DNA from: Candidatus Megaera sp.
GTDB taxonomy: Bacteria > Pseudomonadota > Alphaproteobacteria > Rickettsiales > Rickettsiaceae
Direction of reading: 5' to 3'
DNA: 64,000 nucleotides
Assembly (NCBI GenBank): GCA_965229545.1
Contig: OZ245887.1
Coordinates: 1,244,443-1,308,442, forward strand
The notes under the pieces were generated by a model, which was not told the origin of the DNA, ran no database searches, and worked only from the letters and a program-made list of their open reading frames with translations. The translations under genes and the position numbers were made by a program. Below, piece by piece: positions 9,301 to 20,242 of this stretch (the first letter of the stretch is position 1; each line of letters begins with the position of its first letter).

Positions 9301-12300
9301 ATCATCCTGCAAAAAAGTAAATCAGCAATACTCGGTGGAAAATACAGGGAAATTACCAAGTCCCTGCAAGAGTTAAAGGTAGCAAGGAAAGAAAGGCAAA
9401 GCAAGGCGAGAGTAATTGTTGATTATTATCATGGATTTATCAGGGATGATCTGGAAGAGAAAATGACCGCTATAACGGGTGCTTTATTGAAAGAGGAAGA
9501 GCTCATTAAAGAAGAGTGGATAATATCGCAGAAAAAGCATATTAGCGGGAATTCCGGGCGGAATTTTCCGGATGGTTTTAGGGGGGGAGCATTATGATGC
9601 AGCTGTACTTGGCTTATATATGAAGGATTTACCGGTTCTTAAAAAACCATTATGCCCACAAGTAACTAATATAGCTAAAAGCAGACTAGCTACTCTAGAT
9701 CAAAAACGCCGGATGTTAGAACCGGACCTCGAAGAACTAAGAAAGCAGATTGAAGATAGCAGGCTTGGTAAGAGAGCAGATTATCAGCAGGAAGTTGTTA
9801 TGGGTAAATTAATAACCCAGTTGCAAATAAATTATGAAACAGTACGTAAACATGCAGGGCTTGAGGAACTCAAACATTATTTTGCCTCAATTGATAAGAA
9901 CGGTACCATTACCAATAACCTGCATTTTAGCAAGATAATGGAGGTAGTAGAACTTGCCCGTCAGGAGGAAGGTGTAATTGATTCCAACGCAATAGCAATA
10001 GTCATTGAAGCCCATGGAGAAATTTTACGTATTTGCGCCGGCCATCAAAAGGAATTGGATGAGAAGAAGTTATTACATGCCGAAATAAAAGCAAAGCATG
10101 CTGATGAACTGGAGCAGATGCGGGTAATTGAAAAGTTCAGAAATGAGGAATTGCCGCATTTTCTTGGGAAAATATACAAAAATGAAGGGAAAGATATTTT
10201 AGCAAGATTTGAGCAGTTACTAAAAGAAACAGATAAGCCGTTGATGCTGGCAAAAGCGATCGGTGAATCTCCTGAGATGCTAGGTAATATCAAAAGCACG
10301 AGTTTATGGGCGGAGTTCATCAGAAGTGATGAGGTAAAAGGAATTAAGGCAAATCTTGAAAAGCTTGGGGTGAATTTAACAAAATACATAAATGAGGGTA
10401 GCATGAGAGCAGAATTACAGGCAAACCCAGGTAGCGGTGAACTAGCTGCTCAAATCAGGGCGCTGGATCTTGAAATTGCAAACCTTAAGGCTTTATTACC
10501 AAATAGAGTCGAGCAAAAGCTGCTAGATGACATCGGGCATTTAAAAGATAGCAGCAAAGCTGAGCAGAAGGAAATCACTGAAGAAATGAGAAACCTGTTC
10601 AAGGGAGATAATGCCCATGATCTATTACTTGATTTTATTGCCCTAAAAGGCGTGCAGACGATTAACCATAGAGAAAGTCAAACCACTCAAGAAGTGCAAC
10701 CATCCAGGAAGAGCAATAAGGTAAGGGCAAGAAGTAGAGCGCAGAGAGAAGCCGGAGCTTCTACACCAAAGATTGATTTTCAAAGTGTAAAATCCTCACT
10801 AACAAGAGGACATATTGAGCAAATATTCAGGGATTACGCGCAAAGGATTAATCCGGACGGTAAAATCCTTAAACGAGGTAATAGTATCAGTTGTGGTTCA
10901 TTGAACATGAATCTTGATAATGGATTATGGCATAGATTCAGCGACGGAAATAAGGGTGATGTGTTTGAGTTCATTTGCCGGGCAACCGGTGCTTCAAAAA
11001 GAGATGCCTTATTAACCGTTGCCGGTGTTGTCGGTATTAATGCCGGGGTAAATAACAGCAATAAATTAGATAACAGGAATGATGCCGGTTATGATGATAA
11101 GGATAGGAAACAAACGTTAGTAGTGCGGGATAGTTTTGAAGCATATCCGGTAATACCGGCAACTGCTCCAAGGCTTAATATTGATAAGCATTTTAGCTGG
11201 CTAACAAAAACAAATAGAATTGATAATATCTGGACTTATAGCAACCGGATGGGTGAGCTTATCGGCGGTACTATCAGGGTAGTAGATAAGGTAACGGGTA
11301 AAAAACAGGTAATGCCCGTATGCTACTGCCGTAATGAGAAAACCGGCCTGGATGAATGGAAATTAAAAGGATTTACGGATAACGGTCATAAACCGATATA
11401 CGGGATAGAGAAGACGGTAAATGAGAAAAAGCCTATATTGATAGTGGAAGGAGAAAAGACAGCAGATTATGCCGAAAGGCTATTACCGCAGTATTGTGTA
11501 ATTTCCTGGATGGGGGGAGCGCAAGGAACGGCTAAAGTTAACTGGCGACAACTGGCAGGAAGAGAGGTAATAATCTGGCCTGATAACGACATAGCAGGAA
11601 AGGAGGCAGCTAAATCAGTATTGCAGGAGCTTAACAAAGCAAATGGTTTTAGCGGGTTTGCTAGTGTAGTCGATACAAAAAGCCTAAACTTACCCGAGAA
11701 GTGGGATTTAGCCGATAAGATGCCTGAGCATATTACGCTGGAAGCAATAAAAGAGGCAATAAATAACTCTCAAAGCAAAAATAGCACAATAGGAGCTTTT
11801 AGAGCAGAAGCCAAGCAATATGCGGTAAAAGGAGAAGAAAAAATATTCTGGCAACAGTTATCGATCGGTATTAAAGATAGTAGCCCAGGAATAAAACACA
11901 AATCCGGTTTATATCAGGAAATTGAACGAGCCCTTGCAAGTAGCCAGGTACTGAGCTACATGGATTATGCTACTGCTAAAGGTGCAGACGAGAGTGTTCA
12001 TCAGTTTCTAGGTTTTAAAGACGGTTTATATAGGGAAATGCTTGCAAGTTCTACTCTCAATTACCTGGAAGTTAATGCTGGTAGCGAGCAGGCAAGCAGG
12101 ATTAAGCAGTTATTTGAAAGGGATAAGAATGGTAATTACCCGGCAAAGCCAAAGGAAATAGTTACAGAAGTACAGAATATATACGGCACTAACACTAGCG
12201 GATATCAAATTAATAACGAAGGCTACATTAATGATAATAAGAAGCTTGCAGCTGCTAATGTAGAAAAAGCCAAACTGCATGAAATACTTATGAAGGATTT

Positions 12301-13540
12301 CTGTATTTTGCATCAGAATCAGTTAGGAGTAAGGGATCTGATTAATATCCATAAAGAGAGAATAAGTAAGGATTTATATGAAATCATTAGCAATTATGTT
12401 GTAAATCACAAAAATAGCCAGAGCACCTTAAAGGATTCCGATTGCATAAAGATAGCAGCGTTTGCCCATGATAAAATTAATAGCGTTAAATGGTGGGAAG
12501 GACTTGCCTGTGATCAGATAAAACTGGTTAAAACCAGCAAAATAGAAATTACAACCGAAACCGAAAAAAGGTCTGAAGTCATAGCAGAGCATGTAACAGC
12601 GGCAATGGAAAGAGCAGGTGTAAAGAATGAATCTGTCTTTGGCAGAGTAGAAGCTCATTATCTTGAATATATTACGGCAAGTGCTAATAACATGAATAAC
12701 AAGAAGTTATCAGGCAAGCTGGTAGCAAGAGCAGTTTATGAAGAGGAACATATTAAAAGATGCCGTGCTAATATGCGCCTGTTTTTAATTGAAGATGGAA
12801 GGTTAGATGAACCGGAAACGGCAGGTAGTAAGTTACGGCAGGATATTATGGCCGAAAAACTGGTTGCGGCAGAGTGGCATATTCAGGAAAAACAACCGAA
12901 GCTCGCACATAATGAAGTCCGCTCCATTGCCAAAGAGCTGATATATGATAATTATGAACAGGAAATAGCTAAGGTTATAAAAGCTGAACCGATGATATCG
13001 CAGTTAGCTAATTGCAATCCGGTAGCAGCAAGATATTTAGCTACAGGCCTAGTGGATTTTAGGAATAATTATGGCAAGGATTTACTAACGGAGGCCAGGA
13101 CAAAAATTATGGAAGAGGTCTCAATAGTTCAGGCAGATTTACATCAAAAGATTACTAACACGATGCAGGATTATGATGATGGAATATTATCAGGGAAGCA
13201 TAAATCCTTAAGCAGTAATATACTGGATACCGGTTTACTTGCTGGTGATAGGGAGATGACGGCAAAATCTGTTACTAGCCGGGTGGGAGAAGATTTAACC
13301 CATAGACTGTTATTAAGGGGTAGTTCGTACTATGAGGAATTACACGATCATCATGAATACCATAATCATGGCATGAAAACAGGTAATGATAGTCATCACT
13401 TTTTAGAACATGAGTACCGGCATGAGATAGCCACTCAAGTAAAGCAAACCAGAGCCATGCAGCATGAGTATCATCAGGAGATGAAACAAAAGCATCAGAG
13501 GCAAATCAATATCAACAACGATATTAATATTAATTATTAA
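6328..13540 (+). pseudogene. traA: TraA(Ti)-like RecD-type helicase + TOPRIM primase; relaxase domain missing; split by a frameshift near 9520-9597
   Basis: Walker A GWPGSGKTT, LIIDEASMV, GDNNQ, HGYALTGHAVQG in ORF1; ILIVEGEKTAD, IIWPDNDIAG, WDLAD in ORF2; the ORFs overlap across a G7 run at 9581-9587 and losing one base gives ~2400 aa. Confidence 0.85.
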
Positions 13541-13548
13541 AGCAAACC

Positions 13549-13956
13549 ATGCAAAAAAATATAAAAAATCAAAAGAAACTGATTAAAAAAAAGAAAGCTT
13601 CGGTAGAAATTAAAAGTGATGCATTGTTTAAAAGGATAATGCAGGAAGAGGTAGCAGCAAAAGAGTTTTTAGAATATTATTTGCCAAAAGAATTTAAGGA
13701 TTTAATAGACTTATCAAAGGTCAGAATAGAGAAGGAGAGCTTTGTTGAAGAGGGGTTGAAAAGAAGGCTAAGTGATATAATCTACTCTGTCAAAACCAAA
13801 GAAAACGAGGAAGCATTTGTATATGTACTTATAGAAAGTCAATCAACAGCTGATTATTGGATAAGTTTCAGGTTGTGGAAATATATGTTGCTTTTGCTCG
13901 AAAGGCATATGAAGGATAAAAACAGGCTGCCTTTAATTGCCTCTTTACTGGTATAT
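13549..13956 (+). pseudogene. Rpn-family recombination-promoting nuclease/putative transposase, exon 1
   Basis: SDALFKRIM, ESFVEEGLKRRLSDIIYSV, YVLIESQSTADYWISFRLWKY; ends LLVY at the intron boundary. Confidence 0.85.
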
Positions 13957-16308
13957 GTGCGACACGAAGTCGTATTATGTTTTGTTATTATAAAGAAGGA
14001 GGTAAAAAAGAAAATATAACCTAATGTTTTGCCATTAGTAACCTAGAGAAACATGCATTACTGGAAACGGTTTTGTGTGAAGCTTTCTCGACAATGGACA
14101 CCTAAATAATTGTCAACGACTTGGTGACAAGTCCTGATAACTGCAAGCATTATGCGGTTGGGTGGCTAGGTTAACATCATATGGTTAGTGCAACGAATAT
14201 CTGTAAACGTCGTGAGTAAGAAAGCAGCTAAAGATGCTGACAAGCTGTAACCAAAAGGTAAGTAGCCAGGATTAGATTCTGTATAATAATCTAGCGCAAA
14301 TGTAGAGCTACCGGCGGATAGGATAAACCTAAGTGATGTGTATGAACATAATACGAAACGTGGTAAGCCCTCTCCTTAAAAATTTAGTAGCTTAAGGAAT
14401 GGTAAAGGATACTGGAAAAAGCCAAAGCTTTACTGTAATGGTAGAGATAAAGAGCTATATGTTCTTACCCGTAAGGGAGTAGACTTCCAGCTGGTGTAAA
14501 ATCACAAGAAACTTGTTAACTTTCGCAAAAAGAGAAAGACGGATGAAAATAGTAAGCAATACTATTAACGCAACTCGACCTGACACAATTATTGCATGGC
14601 AAGCCATAAATTGGAGACATGCAAAGTGTCAAGTTAGAAAGATACAAGAACGTATTGTGAAGGCAGTACAAAACAACCAATGGCGAGTTGTTAGATCATT
14701 ACAACGTCTACTTGTGAGATCATTAACAGCGAAACAACTGGCTGTAAGACAAGTAACGGAAAACCGTGGCAAATCTACACCAGGAGTTGATAGAGAACTA
14801 TGGTTGACATCGAAAATCAAAACTGAGCAGATATATAAACTCAAGTGGAGAAGCTATAAAGCTAAACCATTAAAGAGAGTATATATTCCTAAATCAGATG
14901 GTAAAGTAAGACCGTTAGGTATTCCAACAATGTATGATCGAGCAATGCAAGCATTGCAAAAGATGGCTCTTGAGCCAATTGCAGAGACGCTTAGTGATCA
15001 ACACTCATACAGCTTTCGTCCTATGCGTCGAGCCGCAGATGCCATTGAATATAGCTTTAATCTATTATCTAGGAAAGATTCAGCGCAATGGCTACTTGAT
15101 GCTGACATAAAAAGCTGTTGTGATCGGATTAGTCATGAATGGTTGATAAATAATATTCCTATTAATAAAAGGATATTAACACAATGGCTGAAAGCTGGTT
15201 ATATTGAGCAAGGATTAAAACACTAAACTAATATGGGAACACCGCAAGGTGGTATTATTTCGCCAACTCTTGCGAATATGACTTTAGATGGTTTAGAAAA
15301 CCTGATTAGGAAATCATTCAAGAGAAGTGAAGCTTGGAAGAAGAATGAGAAAGTTAATATAGTCAGATATGCTGATGACTTCCTTGTTACAGGAAAATCG
15401 CAAGAAATTCTTCAAAACAAGGTAATACCATTAGTAAAAGATTTTTTAGCTAAAAGAGGATTAAAATTATCTGAGGAAAAAACACGTATAAGGTGTATCA
15501 CTGAAGGTGTGGATTTTTTAGGTGTTACTATCCGCAAATATCCATGTGGTAAAGTGTTAACTAAACCTAGCTTAAAAAGCCAGAAAAATTTTCGTCGTGA
15601 AGCTAAAACAGAACTAGCTAAGCTCAAGGCAGCAACTCAAGCAGAAGTAGTAGCAAAAATCTACCCCAAAATAACTGGTTGGATGCAATACTTTAAACAT
15701 TCTGCTGCAAAAAGGGTCTTTAAGAAGATTGATCACTGGTTATGGCAAACACTATGGAAATGGTCAAAGAGACGGCATCCTAATAAAAACTGTAAATGGG
15801 TGAAAAGGAAATATTTCAATAGATACCAAGGTCAAGACTGGTACTTTGGTTACTGGGATAAAAAACGTAGTACTCCAATATTCAGGCATTTACCTAGGAT
15901 GAGCAATATACCTATCAAACGGCATGGTTTAATCAAAGGTGACTTTAACCATTATGATTCTCGATGGAAAAGTTATGCTGAAAATAGAACAGCAAAACTA
16001 ATGCGAAACACCATGACAGATATGGTATATAAACTCTGGATAAAAGAAAGCGGGGAGTGTAAATATTGTCAACATGAGATCAATGATATGACTACGTGGC
16101 ATATACATCATAAATTGCCACGTCATAAAGGAGGATCAATGGTTATAGACAATCTGATACTTCTACATCCAGAATGCCATAGACAACTCCATAGCAGAAG
16201 CACTGTCGGGTTACCAATCCAGGGTGGCCTTATTTATGCTTGAGCCGTATGCGAGGAAATTCGCCCGTACGGTTCTTAGGGGAGCGGGGTAATTCCCGCT
16301 TACCCGAC
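13957..16308 (+). mobile_element. group II intron (IIB-like, RT-maturase-HNH IEP), 2352 nt
   Basis: 5' GTGCG; domain V gagccgtatgcgaggaaattcgcccgtacggttc; domain VI ending ccgAC; splicing joins LLVY|NGTKKYDSLRNLWDLF in frame. Confidence 0.92.
14543..16243 (+). pseudogene. ltrA: intron-encoded reverse transcriptase/maturase/HNH endonuclease with one in-frame TAA (15224-15226)
   Basis: RPLGIPTMYDRAMQ, GTPQGGIISP, RYADDF, C-terminal HIHHKLPRHKGG...NLILLHPECH; the two track ORFs share one frame. Confidence 0.9.
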
Positions 16309-16892
16309 AATGGAACAAAAAAATATGATTCCCTAAGGAACTTGTGGGATTTGTTTATCGCACCCGAACAAGCCAGAAAATTAATGACGGAAGATTACAG
16401 GCTTGTTGATTTACAATCGATGACCCCGATGATGAGATTAAAAAGAAGTAACATCTAGGGATGCTGGAATATTTTTTAAAGCATATACATCAGCGTGATA
16501 TGCTTAAACTATGGGGAGAGTTCCTGGAGGAATTCAAAGAAATTGTATTAATCGACAAAGCAAATGGATATATTTACTTAAAGCAATTTATCTGGTATAC
16601 TGATGCAAAGGTTCCTGAAGAAAGAAAGCAGTTATTGGAGCAGTTAATTAAAGATAATCTATCAAAAGAAGATACTGATAACATTATGAGGACTATTGCG
16701 GATTCATACATCGAAGAAGGATTTAACAAAGCTCTGGTTCGAGGTATTGAAAAAGGTAGAGAAGAGGGGATACAAGCCGGCATAGAAAAAGCAGCAAGTA
16801 ACATGCTTAAATCCAACCTAGATTTAAAATTCATTTCTTCTGTTACTGGCTTGTCTATTGAAACTCTTCAAAAACTCAAAGCTTCTTTGTAG
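16309..16892 (+). pseudogene. Rpn-family nuclease, exon 2 (frameshift ~16420, TAA ~16450)
   Basis: NGTKKYDSLRNLWDLF...PDDEIKKK*HLGMLEYFLKHI...GIEKGREEG...NMLKSNLDLKFISSVTGLS. Confidence 0.85.
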
Positions 16893-16899
16893 CATCTAT

Positions 16900-17030
16900 A
16901 ACATGAGTATCAGCATGAGATAGGAGGCTTAGATCAAGTAAACGAGAGCCATACAGCGTCAGTATATATCATCAAGAGATGGAACAGAGGTATGAAAGAT
17001 AATTTAATATCAAAAGTTAATTAATTAATA
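16900..17030 (+). repeat. degenerate copy of the traA 3' end (13407-13540)
   Basis: acatgagtatcagcatgagatag...tcaagtaaa...agagccat...tatcatcaagagatggaaca matches the traA tail. Confidence 0.7.
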
Positions 17031-17043
17031 GGTTCATATTACC

Positions 17044-17619
17044 GTGAAAAATTTTATAAGTTTAATTATTGTTGGAATTTTTACATTATTTCCACTCCAT
17101 ACCTTTGCCAGTTTGGGATTAGAACAAGAATACTGGTTAGAAGAAATTGAAAAATATGATGGATTAAGTGGCGGCGGGGTATATAGGTTTCTTAATGGCA
17201 ACTGGGAAGAGCATAAAAAAGTTATTACAACTATAGCTAAGGTTGTTCAGCAGAATCCTGTTAAACTAAAACATATGGCCATTAATATGTATAGAAATGA
17301 TCAAGCCATACGAGAGATTTTATCAAATATTCTGTTACCAGCAATCGCTAATAATGATACTATAAAAACTTTAAATCTTAATGGCCTTCCAGAGAGTGCA
17401 GCTCCTTTAATAGCTAAGATAATTGAAAAAAATAAAACATTAGAATATGTTACTCTAAGTGACCCAGGTTTTGATAACAGAGGGGCTATTGCGATAGCCA
17501 AAGCTCTAAAAAGTAATAGCACTATTAAAAATTTCAGCTTTACAGGTAGCAATTTTGGGATGGAGGCAAGAAAAGCTATAAGATCTTCTGCCGGCTCTAA
17601 TGTCCTGTTAGAATTTTAA
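17044..17619 (+). CDS. secreted leucine-rich repeat protein
   Basis: Signal-peptide-like MKNFISLIIVGIFTLFPLHTFA; NDTIKTLNL / NKTLEYVTL / GAIAIAKALKSNSTIKNFSF repeats. Confidence 0.75.
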   Translation: MKNFISLIIVGIFTLFPLHTFASLGLEQEYWLEEIEKYDGLSGGGVYRFLNGNWEEHKKVITTIAKVVQQNPVKLKHMAINMYRNDQAIREILSNILLPAIANNDTIKTLNLNGLPESAAPLIAKIIEKNKTLEYVTLSDPGFDNRGAIAIAKALKSNSTIKNFSFTGSNFGMEARKAIRSSAGSNVLLEF

Positions 17620-17951
17620 CCTTGTTTTATTTCAATATATTAGCTAAAAACTAGCAGTGATTTTCCAGTAAATACCAAAAAACTTGGAAGTAAAATTCAT
17701 TCTGTTTTTTCTTGAAGGTTTACCAAGCCCATGACTTGGTGTCCTATAAGAAACTGTCTGGATGTTTGCAATATTCTAATCTTCCCGTTAAAGGCTGACC
17801 ATATTTGAAAGCAGGTTCTTTGGCGAGTAGAAATTTCCTCACCTTAACAATTGTGACAGTATATAAATTAATCAACTCAAATTTTTCATAAGTTATTGTT
17901 ACCATTTCGTATCCGCAATCTGATCTATGATTTTTACTAATACAGTGTATC

Positions 17952-18164
17952 TTACTCAAGCAGGACCCTATAAAATTCGATCAGATTTCTTGCTGCAGAA
18001 TGTGCCTCTGTTTTGGATAAAGTATTACCATACATTTTTATGATATCTTCAGCTATAGATTCATATAATTTATCCCTATTATTTTTTTACCTAAACAAAC
18101 TTATGTGGTTTTTATTTTTATCTTCTGCTTCGTAACATGTTTTATCATTTATTATAATTTCCAT
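17952..18164 (-). pseudogene. small hypothetical protein with AARNLI motif, one internal stop
   Basis: ...TEAHSAARNLIEFYRVLLE*; positional homologue at 61079-61361. Confidence 0.4.
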
Positions 18165-18340
18165 ACTTTTGTATCACTCATACACGATTTCTCTAGTTAA
18201 TAGTTCAATAGGTTAATAGCCTTTGCAATCGGTATTTACGGCACGCAACCAGAATTTCGGCAGTTGCCCTGTTTTAATTAATCTCAATGCTAGTATTTAT
18301 AAGGATTTATGGGTTTTATTTCCTTTAATTATTTAATGAA

Positions 18341-18363
18341 ATGGTTGCGCTGCTCGCAACCAT
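18341..18363. promoter_or_regulatory. palindromic operator candidate
   Basis: atggttgcg-ctgct-cgcaaccat, upstream of the Cro-like gene; conserved in the second copy. Confidence 0.5.
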
Positions 18364-18435
18364 TTTAAAATTCTTTGTAATTATCATCACCACGTGGTTT
18401 TCTATAGGGATAATTAACTTAAGATTCAGCATTTT

Positions 18436-18747
18436 ATGCGTCTAGAAAAATTTCTTAAATTAGAGAAATTATCAATTCCAGAATTTGCAGAAATGATAGG
18501 TGTAAATAAGAGTGCAGTTTTTAGATACATACATGAAGATTCCATACCAAAAGCCCCGGTTATGACAAGGATTTACCTTGTAACAAGAGGAGCAGTTTCG
18601 GCAAATGATTTTTATAGACTGACTGATCAGATATTTGATGTGGAACTCAAAAAAGGTATTTTCCTAGAGAAGAATTACATGCTGATTCTTTTAGATAAAA
18701 GGTTGCGTCCGGCACAACTATTTAAAATAATTTTTGGCTTGTTTTAG
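18436..18747 (+). CDS. Cro/CI-like HTH regulator
   Basis: LSIPEFAEMIGVNKSAVFRYIHEDSIPK...TRGAVSANDFY; the paralog at 61634 differs by a 3' frameshift. Confidence 0.8.
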   Translation: MRLEKFLKLEKLSIPEFAEMIGVNKSAVFRYIHEDSIPKAPVMTRIYLVTRGAVSANDFYRLTDQIFDVELKKGIFLEKNYMLILLDKRLRPAQLFKIIFGLF

Positions 18748-19018
18748 GGAAGTTGATAGAATTTAGGGTTGCCTGTTATAAATCGGGGTTTTCAAGTATC
18801 AGTTGTCCGGATATTCTTAAGAAATTACTTATAGGTTTTTATGGACTTATAGTTGTATAAAAAATCAGAAACAAATCAATTATAGATAAAATTTATGACC
18901 TAGTTAAATAAACAAGATAAATGCTCGCATAGTATCTTACTTGAGTCCTACAAAACCTGAAGATATCTATGGCGAGCAAATAAGCAAACCTGAGTTTTAA
19001 CCAAACAAGATTGCAGAT

Positions 19019-19408
19019 ATGACCATAACACAAAAAGCAGCCGGGTGCAATAAAGCTGCTGACCCGACTAAAAATAATTTACCTTTTTTTCAACCTTACG
19101 GCTCGATCTTTGCACCATGCCAATTTGGATTGCCGGAAGCAGTAATTATAACCGAGCTTTTATCTTTAAGATATGAGATCAGTGATTATAGAGAGGATTT
19201 CACATTAATAGATTGTTTTGCACATTTCTGAAAAAAGTTCGGTATGAGTAAAATAGATATGCAAAAAGCATCATGCCATTTACACAGGTCAGGTATAATA
19301 ATCCGCTCTTTTCGGGAAATTACCGTAGGCTATCAAATTCATAAAGAACTGGATATCAGGTTAAATATTACCGGTTTAACTGATTTATCGGAAGCGGAGG
19401 TATGTTGA
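19019..19408 (+). pseudogene. winged-helix protein paralogous to the repA wHTH, one in-frame TGA (19229-19231)
   Basis: FAHF*KKFGMSKIDMQKASCHLHRSGIIIRSFREIT aligns with YAHFERKFGFNREKIRKVLVKLETMGIITRIFRNVT of the next gene. Confidence 0.6.
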
Positions 19409-20242
19409 TATGGAAATGTTACCGCTTGATAATCAGTACAATTTCAGAGGAAATATTATCCCTGATGAATGGTATATAAAGTTTACTAACGGTAGGGGAT
19501 CGCCTGATCTTCCCCTGATCTCGATACTCTCTGAAATAGTTTACTGGTATAGACCTAAGGAAATCAGAGACCCGATCACCGGGCAGATATCTTACGTACC
19601 TAAATTTCCTGAAGATATATGGCAAACTTCATACGCTCATTTTGAACGCAAGTTTGGTTTTAACCGGGAGAAAATTCGTAAAGTTCTTGTCAAACTTGAA
19701 ACGATGGGAATTATTACCCGAATATTCCGCAATGTAACTTTAAGGGGTCAAGAATATAATAACAGGCTTTTTATTGATTTGCATAAGGATTCGTTACAGC
19801 TATCTGAAAGTAAAAATCAGGATAGCTCAAACTCCTGTAAACCACTTTTTTTTAGTTCTAAGAAAGTTGATGCTTCCCACTTTTTAGTATTACCCTCTCC
19901 TCATTTGCAAGGAATAGATAAGAATAAAGAAGAGAATAATAAAGATAGATCTAGATCTACGGATTCAGGTACTACTGAAAGGGGAGAGGTAAGCGCGCAA
20001 GAGAGCAAGTCCCAATCCAGAGAATCTACATCTAATTCTTGCAAAAATTCTTTTGACGCAATATCCGACAAGAACGCAAAAAGTCTGAAAGACTTTTATC
20101 CCTTAACCCAGAAAGACTGTCATCAATTGCAGTCATTATCAAAACGTGAATTTTCTCTTCGGGTAATGAACGAAATACTGCAGGACATGGCAAGACGTCT
20201 AACTGACAGGTTTTTTAAAAGCAGAAAAGCTTTTTTTAACTA

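Larger units (their letters stand above)
18221..19150 (+). repeat. control region + HTH gene + start of wHTH gene, repeated at 61396-62350
   Basis: High nucleotide identity by eye with 61396-62350. Confidence 0.9.

Noticed and set aside
6423..13000. Numerous minus-strand ORFs within traA and the tra genes
   Set aside because: Antisense shadows of long genes, with no RBS or motifs
14513..16243. Reverse transcriptase as a retron, DGR or defence RT (with the traN duplicates as template/variable repeats)
   Set aside because: It lies within clear group II intron boundaries with domains V and VI, maturase and HNH; the traN differences are not adenine-specific
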